Sequence record: MT446423.1
Length of the DNA stretch: 64,000 nucleotides
Strand: one strand, 5' to 3'
From: Escherichia virus TH58
The translations under genes were made by a program, and so were the position numbers. Of this stretch, positions 58,207-64,000 are shown piece by piece; within the stretch, counting starts at the first letter, position 1; each line of letters starts with the position of its first letter. Under the pieces are notes generated by a model. The model worked only from the letters and a program-made list of their open reading frames with translations, searched no databases and was not told the DNA's origin.

Positions 58207-58755
58207 ATGGCTAAAATTATTTTAGTAGATGGCCCGGATAATGCTGGTAAAACAACTTTCATTAATGACATAATGGAAATTAGTGAAAGATATGTAAAGA
58301 TTGATTTCCCTAAACGAACAGTTGACGGACGTTTCGATGTTAAGTCTCGAAATGAAGTTGGTTGTTTCGAAACGATGTTGAATTATTTAGATCCTACTAA
58401 GATTTATCTGTTAGACCGTGGATATATTAGTAACTGGGTTTATGGACGTATTCGTCAAGATGCTGACTCGGTTCTTGACGTTTATGAACAGGATTATGTT
58501 CGTCTTTGCCAAAACCACGATGTGTTCACAATTATTTTAACACGTAACGAAATGACTGAAAGTTTTGAAGACGACCTTATTACTTTGTCTTCATTCGGTT
58601 TTAATACAGTAATTTCATATTTTGAAGAGTTTGCAATCCATAACGAAATCCAAACGTATCAATTACTTAATCATGATGGTGCTAACAAAGTTATAGGATT
58701 TAATGCAAGCGAACGTAATAATTTGATTACAGAAATTATCAAATGGGCTCGTTAA
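58207..58755 (+). CDS. P-loop nucleoside/nucleotide kinase-like protein
   Basis: Walker A ILVDGPDNAGKTT and LLDRGYIS (dNK/TMPK-like DR(Y/S) motif); 182 aa. Confidence 0.5.
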   Translation: MAKIILVDGPDNAGKTTFINDIMEISERYVKIDFPKRTVDGRFDVKSRNEVGCFETMLNYLDPTKIYLLDRGYISNWVYGRIRQDADSVLDVYEQDYVRLCQNHDVFTIILTRNEMTESFEDDLITLSSFGFNTVISYFEEFAIHNEIQTYQLLNHDGANKVIGFNASERNNLITEIIKWAR

Positions 58756-58777
58756 GAGCCTGTTTAAAGTTTTAAAT

Positions 58778-58802
58778 GCTGTATAACCCTTAGTATATAA
58801 TC
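58778..58802 (+). promoter_or_regulatory. Candidate MotA-dependent middle promoter for uvsX
   Basis: TGCTGTA (MotA-box-like) 58778-58784, 12-nt spacer, TATAAT 58797-58802. Confidence 0.45.
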
Positions 58803-58854
58803 GTCTTATCTTTTAAACATGAGTAAAATATAATGATGCCTATGGAAAAATACA

Positions 58855-60027
58855 ATGTCTGATTTAAAATCTCGTCTGATTAAAGCTTCTACTTCTAAAA
58901 TGACTGCAGACTTGACTAAGTCTAAGTTGTTTAATAATCGTGATGAAGTCCCTACTCGTATTCCGATGTTGAATATTGCATTAGGTGGTGCACTGAATGC
59001 TGGGTTGCAATCAGGCTTAACTATTTTTGCTGCTCCTTCTAAACACTTTAAAACGTTGTTTGGACTGACCATGGTTGCAGCATATATGAAGAAATATAAA
59101 GATGCAATTTGTTTGTTCTATGATTCAGAATTTGGTGCTTCAGAATCTTATTTTCGTTCAATGGGTGTTGATTTAGACCGTGTAGTTCATACTCCTATTC
59201 AATCTGTCGAACAACTTAAAGTTGATATGACTAATCAGCTTGACGCGATTGAACGCGGTGATAAAGTTATTATCTTTATCGATTCAATCGGTAATACTGC
59301 ATCTAAGAAAGAAACTGAAGATGCATTGAACGAGAAAGTCGTAGGTGATATGTCTCGTGCTAAGGCACTTAAATCTCTTTTCCGCATTGTGACTCCTTAT
59401 CTGACTATTAAAGATATTCCGTGTGTTGCAATTAACCATACCGCAATGGAAATCGGTGGATTGTATCCTAAAGAGATTATGGGTGGTGGTACAGGTATTC
59501 TTTACTCTGCTAACACTGTATTCTTTATCTCTAAACGTCAGGTTAAAGAAGGTACAGAATTGACGGGTTATGACTTCACGTTGAAAGCAGAAAAATCTCG
59601 CACCGTTAAAGAAAAATCTACTTTCCCAATCACGGTTAATTTTGATGGCGGTATTGACCCATTCAGTGGCTTGTTAGAAATGGCAACTGAAATTGGTTTT
59701 GTAGTTAAGCCTAAAGCTGGTTGGTATGCTCGTGAATTCCTTGACGAAGAAACAGGCGAAATGATTCGTGAAGAGAAATCGTGGCGTGCTAAAGCTACTG
59801 ATTGTGTAGAATTCTGGGGACCATTGTTTAAACACAAACCTTTCCGAGATGCAATTGAAACTAAATATAAACTAGGTGCTATCTCTTCTATTAAAGAAGT
59901 TGATGATGCTGTTAACGACCTTATTAATTGCAAAGCAACAACTAAAGTTCCGGTTAAAACTTCTGATGCTCCGTCTGCAGCAGATATTGAAAACGACCTT
60001 GACGAAATGGAAGATTTCGATGAATAA
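58855..60027 (+). CDS. uvsX: RecA-like recombinase UvsX
   Basis: Walker A region and RecA core; 390 aa. Confidence 0.9.
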   Translation: MSDLKSRLIKASTSKMTADLTKSKLFNNRDEVPTRIPMLNIALGGALNAGLQSGLTIFAAPSKHFKTLFGLTMVAAYMKKYKDAICLFYDSEFGASESYFRSMGVDLDRVVHTPIQSVEQLKVDMTNQLDAIERGDKVIIFIDSIGNTASKKETEDALNEKVVGDMSRAKALKSLFRIVTPYLTIKDIPCVAINHTAMEIGGLYPKEIMGGGTGILYSANTVFFISKRQVKEGTELTGYDFTLKAEKSRTVKEKSTFPITVNFDGGIDPFSGLLEMATEIGFVVKPKAGWYAREFLDEETGEMIREEKSWRAKATDCVEFWGPLFKHKPFRDAIETKYKLGAISSIKEVDDAVNDLINCKATTKVPVKTSDAPSAADIENDLDEMEDFDE

Positions 60028-60361
60028 TCTCGATGATTTGAATCTAGAAATCGTTGATGAATCCCCTTCTTCGGAAGGGGAAGACATTCGCAAAGAACGA
60101 GTGTTTAATGAATCTCTTAAAATTATCCGTTCAGCAATGGAAAATGTCATTCAAGAGATTCTGATTACACTTGAAGACGGTTCCCATCATATAGTCTATA
60201 TTACAAAACTAGACTGGGTTGATGGTAAAATCGTAATGGACTTTGCAGTTCTTGACCAGGACAGAAAAGCAGAACTTGCACCACATGTTGAAAAATGTGT
60301 TACAATGCAAGTACAACAAGCTTTTAATGAACGGACCAAGAAAAAATTTAAATTCTTTTAA
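60020..60361 (+). CDS. Hypothetical protein at the T4 gene 40 position
   Basis: ATG 60020 overlapping uvsX stop; 113 aa; assignment by synteny only. Confidence 0.45.
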   Translation: MNNLDDLNLEIVDESPSSEGEDIRKERVFNESLKIIRSAMENVIQEILITLEDGSHHIVYITKLDWVDGKIVMDFAVLDQDRKAELAPHVEKCVTMQVQQAFNERTKKKFKFF

Positions 60362-60370
60362 GGAGTTATC

Positions 60371-61813
60371 GTGGTAGAAATTATTTTGTCTCATCTAGTA
60401 TATGACCAGGCTTATTTTTCTAAGGTCTGGCCTTATATGGATTCTGAGTATTTTGAGCGTGGACCGGCAAAAAATGTCTTTAAAATTATAAAGAGCCACG
60501 TTAACGAATATAATGCAATGCCATCTATTAATGCGTTAAAGGTGGCTTTAGATAACAGTTCTTTAACTGAAGCCGAATACAAAGGAACTTCAGACCTAAT
60601 TGAAAAATTGGCTGATACTCCTGAAGACCACGAATGGTTGGTTAAAGAAACTGAGAAATATGTCCAGCAAAAAGCGATGTATAATGCTACATCCAAAATC
60701 ATTGAGATTCAGTCTAATGCTGAACTACCTCCAGAACAACGTAACAAGAAAATGCCTGACGTAGGAGCTATTCCTGATATTATGCGTCAAGCACTTTCAA
60801 TTTCGTTTGATAGTTATGTTGGGCATGACTGGATGGAAGACTACGAAGCACGCTGGCTTTCTTATCTAAATAAAGCACGTAAGGTCCCGTTCAAATTAAA
60901 CATTCTGAATAAAATCACTAAAGGTGGTGCTGAAACCGGTACGCTGAATGTTTTAATGGCCGGTGTTAACGTTGGTAAATCTTTAGGCCTTTGTTCACTT
61001 GCTGCAGATTATCTTCAAACAGGTCATAATGTTCTTTATATTTCCATGGAAATGGCCGAAGAAGTTTGTGCTAAGCGTATAGATGCAAACATGCTTGACG
61101 TATCACTCGATGATATCGATGATGGTAACGTATCTTATGCTGAATATAAAGCTAAGATGGAAAAATGGCGTTCAAAATCCACATTAGGACGTTTAGTAGT
61201 TAAACAGTATCCTACTGGCGGAGCTAATGCTAATACATTCCGTGCGTTGCTTAATGAATTGAAACTCAAGAAGAACTTTGTGCCATCTGTAATCATGGTT
61301 GATTACTTAGGTATTTGTGGGTCTTGTCGTATCAGAGTTTACACTGAAAATAGCTACACATTAGTTAAAGCTATCGCAGAAGAACTTCGTGCATTAGCAG
61401 TAGAATCTGAAACAGTTCTATGGACTGCAGCTCAAGTAGGACGTGCAGCATGGGATGCTTCAGACATGAACATGAGCGATATTGCAGAATCAGCAGGTTT
61501 ACCAGCAACTGCAGATTTCATGTTGGCCGTAATTGAAACCGAAGAACTTGCACAAGCTGAACAACAACTTATCAAACAAATCAAATCACGATACGGTGAT
61601 AAGAATAAGTGGAATAAATTCCTGATGGGTGTACGCAAAGGCAACCAGAAATGGGTTGAGATTGAGCAAGAAGGCATGAACACACCTAACACAGTAAATG
61701 AAAACGCAGGTGCTCAGATGCGTCAGGCAGAGGTGAATCGTACGGAACGCGTAGGTAAAGCCAAAGCAACACGTGCTGACCTAGATAGCTTAGCCAATGA
61801 GTTAAAATTTTAA
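60371..61813 (+). CDS. 41: Replicative DNA helicase gp41 (DnaB family)
   Basis: GTG start after AAGGAG; Walker A GVNVGKS; 480 aa. Confidence 0.9.
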   Translation: MVEIILSHLVYDQAYFSKVWPYMDSEYFERGPAKNVFKIIKSHVNEYNAMPSINALKVALDNSSLTEAEYKGTSDLIEKLADTPEDHEWLVKETEKYVQQKAMYNATSKIIEIQSNAELPPEQRNKKMPDVGAIPDIMRQALSISFDSYVGHDWMEDYEARWLSYLNKARKVPFKLNILNKITKGGAETGTLNVLMAGVNVGKSLGLCSLAADYLQTGHNVLYISMEMAEEVCAKRIDANMLDVSLDDIDDGNVSYAEYKAKMEKWRSKSTLGRLVVKQYPTGGANANTFRALLNELKLKKNFVPSVIMVDYLGICGSCRIRVYTENSYTLVKAIAEELRALAVESETVLWTAAQVGRAAWDASDMNMSDIAESAGLPATADFMLAVIETEELAQAEQQLIKQIKSRYGDKNKWNKFLMGVRKGNQKWVEIEQEGMNTPNTVNENAGAQMRQAEVNRTERVGKAKATRADLDSLANELKF

Positions 61814-61819
61814 TAAAAA

Positions 61820-61838
61820 GGAGACTTCGGTCTCCTTT
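61820..61838 (+). terminator. Putative terminator hairpin
   Basis: GGAGACTTCGGTCTCC followed by TTT. Confidence 0.4.
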
Positions 61839-61842
61839 CGGG

Positions 61843-61872
61843 GTTTACATCTTCCTCTAGGCATGGTATGAT
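61843..61872 (+). promoter_or_regulatory. Early promoter GTTTAC / TATGAT
   Basis: GTTTAC 61843-61848, 18-nt spacer, TATGAT 61867-61872. Confidence 0.5.
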
Positions 61873-61901
61873 AGACTTACACCAACCAAGAGGAGAACAA
61901 A

Positions 61902-62219
61902 ATGAAAACCATCGATTGTAAAGCAGAATTTAAGATTTTTTATCACGGTTCAAGTAGTTCAGCTAACATCGAAAACATGCTTTGCCCTCCTGAAGAAACA
62001 GGAGTTCTGTCTGAAACTGGACGTAAGAAAAACTTGGATCGTGTATTCTTTACTGAAGATATCGGTTTAGCAAAGATTTATGCAGGACGAGCAGCACGCT
62101 CTTATGGAGGTGAACCACGTCTCTATCGAGTAATTTCTCCGGTGGACGTAGTTCAAATGAATAATACTAAAGGTGCTACAGTTTATCACGCTGAATGGGC
62201 ATTTTGCGAGGAAATATGA
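61902..62219 (+). CDS. Hypothetical protein with F-Y-H-G-S motif
   Basis: 105 aa; AAGAGGAG RBS; FYHGSSSS is reminiscent of H-Y-E class ADP-ribosyltransferases but the protein is short. Confidence 0.45.
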   Translation: MKTIDCKAEFKIFYHGSSSSANIENMLCPPEETGVLSETGRKKNLDRVFFTEDIGLAKIYAGRAARSYGGEPRLYRVISPVDVVQMNNTKGATVYHAEWAFCEEI

Positions 62220-62407
62220 GCAAATTAACTAAAGTTACTTTTATCGGTTGGTTTAAAAGCGGCGAGATGTTCACTAAAGATATCATGTTATCAGGTGATC
62301 GCGAAGAAATCGAGTGGGTTGCGGTACAACTTGCTGAAGTGAACAACGCATTAGTTAAAGCATTTGTTAATGACGAGAAAGTTTTTGAAGCTGATTTCAG
62401 AGGATAA
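62216..62407 (+). CDS. dmd: Dmd (discriminator of mRNA degradation; antitoxin against RnlA/LsoA)
   Basis: MSKLTKVTFIGWFKSGEMFTKDIM...EVNNALVKAFVNDEKVFEADFRG resembles T4 Dmd from memory; 63 aa. Confidence 0.65.
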   Translation: MSKLTKVTFIGWFKSGEMFTKDIMLSGDREEIEWVAVQLAEVNNALVKAFVNDEKVFEADFRG

Positions 62408-62408
62408 T

Positions 62409-62621
62409 ATGTATTCAACTGTGTTTAAACCATCAACATACGAATTTGCATCAACTACACAATGGAAAGCTCTTATTCTGGAAGGATGGGAACTAATGAT
62501 GGACTGTGAAGCATCTGAAAAGTTTCCACACGGCAAAGTGGACTTCGTTAAATTTGCTGTACGTCCGACTAAACGACAGATTCGTCAAGAAAAACGCAAA
62601 TTTCGCAAAAGTTTAAAATAA
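62409..62621 (+). CDS. Small hypothetical protein with basic tail
   Basis: ATG 62409 after AGAGGA; 70 aa. Confidence 0.45.
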   Translation: MYSTVFKPSTYEFASTTQWKALILEGWELMMDCEASEKFPHGKVDFVKFAVRPTKRQIRQEKRKFRKSLK

Positions 62622-62623
62622 CT

Positions 62624-62653
62624 GTTTACAAGCATCGCATACTGTGTTACTAT
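62624..62653 (+). promoter_or_regulatory. Early promoter GTTTAC / TACTAT
   Basis: GTTTAC 62624-62629, TACTAT about 18 nt downstream. Confidence 0.45.
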
Positions 62654-62681
62654 CTTTCTATCAACTACAGAGGAAATTGAA

Positions 62682-63050
62682 ATGAAAAAATTAATCGCTT
62701 TAGCAATGGTATTTGGATTAACCGGATGTGGTGCCCATGGCTTTATCCCTAATAACGTTGGCCAACTGATTTACAATCCGAATGTTAAACAGTATGACCA
62801 ACCTAAAGTTGAAGTGGAAGACCCGGTTACTGTAGGTAATCGAATGATTCAAGCTGATGCTCATGCTCAACGTTATCGTGACTCTGATACTGTAGCATTG
62901 TCAAAAGAACAACGCGTTAAAGAACATTGTCTACAGGCTACTGAAATCGCATTCATTCGCTATGTTGAAACAACTGGTAAAGAGCCTACCCAGAAACAAA
63001 TCGCGAATAACTACGTCCAGTGTATTGAACGTTTAAACAAATTTAATTAA
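62682..63050 (+). CDS. Lipoprotein
   Basis: Signal peptide with lipobox LTGC; 122 aa. Confidence 0.55.
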   Translation: MKKLIALAMVFGLTGCGAHGFIPNNVGQLIYNPNVKQYDQPKVEVEDPVTVGNRMIQADAHAQRYRDSDTVALSKEQRVKEHCLQATEIAFIRYVETTGKEPTQKQIANNYVQCIERLNKFN

Positions 63051-63111
63051 TTGGTTTACACCAAAGTTAAAATAAGATATTATAAACATAACAAATCAAG
63101 AGGAAATTAAC

Positions 63112-63360
63112 ATGGAATTATTCGTAGCTAGTTCAGTAGCAGTTTTAATCGCAGGTATTGGTTCAATCATCATTTACATGTTGCCTTGGGTAATCGCACT
63201 TATTCGTGGCACAAAAAGCACAACAGCAATCTTCTTTGTATCTTTACTCTTTAACTGGACGATGATTGGTTGGATTGGAACTTTAATTTGGTCTATCGTT
63301 GCCGAAAAGAAATCTGCTCAGCAGCCTCAACAAGTAATTATTATTCGCGAAAAAGAATAA
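63112..63360 (+). CDS. Small two-TM membrane protein (possible superinfection-immunity-like)
   Basis: 82 aa; two long hydrophobic helices; AAGAGGAAA RBS. Confidence 0.5.
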   Translation: MELFVASSVAVLIAGIGSIIIYMLPWVIALIRGTKSTTAIFFVSLLFNWTMIGWIGTLIWSIVAEKKSAQQPQQVIIIREKE

Positions 63361-63364
63361 ACTT

Positions 63365-63394
63365 GTTTACATTATAGATGGACTATGGTATAGT
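63365..63394 (+). promoter_or_regulatory. Early promoter GTTTAC / TATAGT with GGACTAT...TAGTCC hairpin
   Basis: GTTTACATTATAGATGGACTATGGTATAGTAGTCCTATC. Confidence 0.5.
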
Positions 63395-63423
63395 AGTCCT
63401 ATCAAATCAACTAAGGAGTTAAA

Positions 63424-63717
63424 ATGAAAAAGTTATCATTGGCAGCAATCTTACTTGCAGTATCATGTGCACCAGCTCCAGTTACGGCAGGTTATGATAA
63501 AGACCTCTGTGAGTGGTCAATGACTGCAAATCAAGAAGATGTTGAACAACAAATCTTCTCTGATATCATGAACATCACTAAACGAGACCGTCCTAATATG
63601 GTTAATAAAGTTGTTGGACAACTTAAGTCTGGCGGTATCATGCAGTACAACTATGTTTTGTATTGTGACCCTAATTTCGATAACAAAGATATCGTAACCG
63701 AAATCACAGGTGAATAA
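63424..63717 (+). CDS. sp: Spackle-like periplasmic protein (superinfection exclusion; T4 gene 61.3)
   Basis: Signal peptide; 97 aa, same length as T4 Sp; ...GYDKDLCEWSM...YNYVLYCD... resembles T4 Sp from memory. Confidence 0.5.
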   Translation: MKKLSLAAILLAVSCAPAPVTAGYDKDLCEWSMTANQEDVEQQIFSDIMNITKRDRPNMVNKVVGQLKSGGIMQYNYVLYCDPNFDNKDIVTEITGE

Positions 63718-63718
63718 T

Positions 63719-64000
63719 ATGATTTATTATATGCACAAAAATGCACCGTTTAAATATGGTAAATTTCCTAATGCACAATGTTATAATATAACGCCGAATG
63801 AAAATAATAACGGATATCATATTGGTGTAATTTTTGTAATTGTTAAAGATAACGAAATCGTTGCCTGGGCAGATTTTAAAGGTACAACATATGATGTTAA
63901 TCCTGTGCCTTTCACATATTACAATATAATGGATTTGGCATATGATTATAATTGGTTTACTCATGACACGTTGGATCATATTGAAGGTGTAGGATTTGAC
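63719..64000 (+). CDS. Hypothetical protein, 5' part (continues beyond window end)
   Basis: ATG 63719; frame open to the last base of the window. Confidence 0.45.
   Translation, partial: MIYYMHKNAPFKYGKFPNAQCYNITPNENNNGYHIGVIFVIVKDNEIVAWADFKGTTYDVNPVPFTYYNIMDLAYDYNWFTHDTLDHIEGVGFD

Overview
This 64 kb window is a co-linear segment of a T4-like (Tevenvirinae) phage genome, AT-rich and almost entirely transcribed on the + strand; the DNA polymerase N-terminus looks RB69-like from memory. All protein identifications are from motif reading and recalled T4 sequences, not from database searches. The conserved backbone runs: gene 53 (minus strand, partial) / 4 / 2 / 3 / 1 / 57A / 57B, an internal-protein and tRNA region (2 tRNAs plus a structured non-coding stretch), a hypervariable small-ORF region, nudE / e / denV / ipII / ipIII-like, a GrcA-like glycyl-radical cofactor, regB, tk, rI, nrdC, 49, nrdD (split by a group I intron carrying a GIY-YIG homing endonuclease), a free-standing GIY-YIG endonuclease, nrdG, 55, 47, 46, 45, 44, 62, regA, 43, uvsX, 40-like, 41, dmd and sp. 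The main find is the 6.5 kb block between gene 43 and uvsX (52208-58755), where T4 carries imm / 42 / beta-gt. Here it encodes a KdsD-like SIS sugar-phosphate isomerase, a fused NDP-sugar pyrophosphorylase/kinase, a small HAD phosphatase, a divergent thymidylate-synthase-fold hydroxymethylase, a 4-Cys protein, an unassigned 299-aa protein and a P-loop kinase. I read this as a phage-encoded NDP-pentose (probably D-arabinose) donor pathway for hypermodifying hydroxymethyl-pyrimidine DNA; no alpha-gt is present at the T4 55-47 position. Other notable points are an rI gene split by one extra T in a T7 tract, a second homopolymer (A7) frame break, five ORFs with capsid-targeting N-termini, a macro-domain protein, two nucleotidyltransferase-fold proteins, families of small ORFs joined by a conserved junction cassette, and many early promoters embedded in hairpins.
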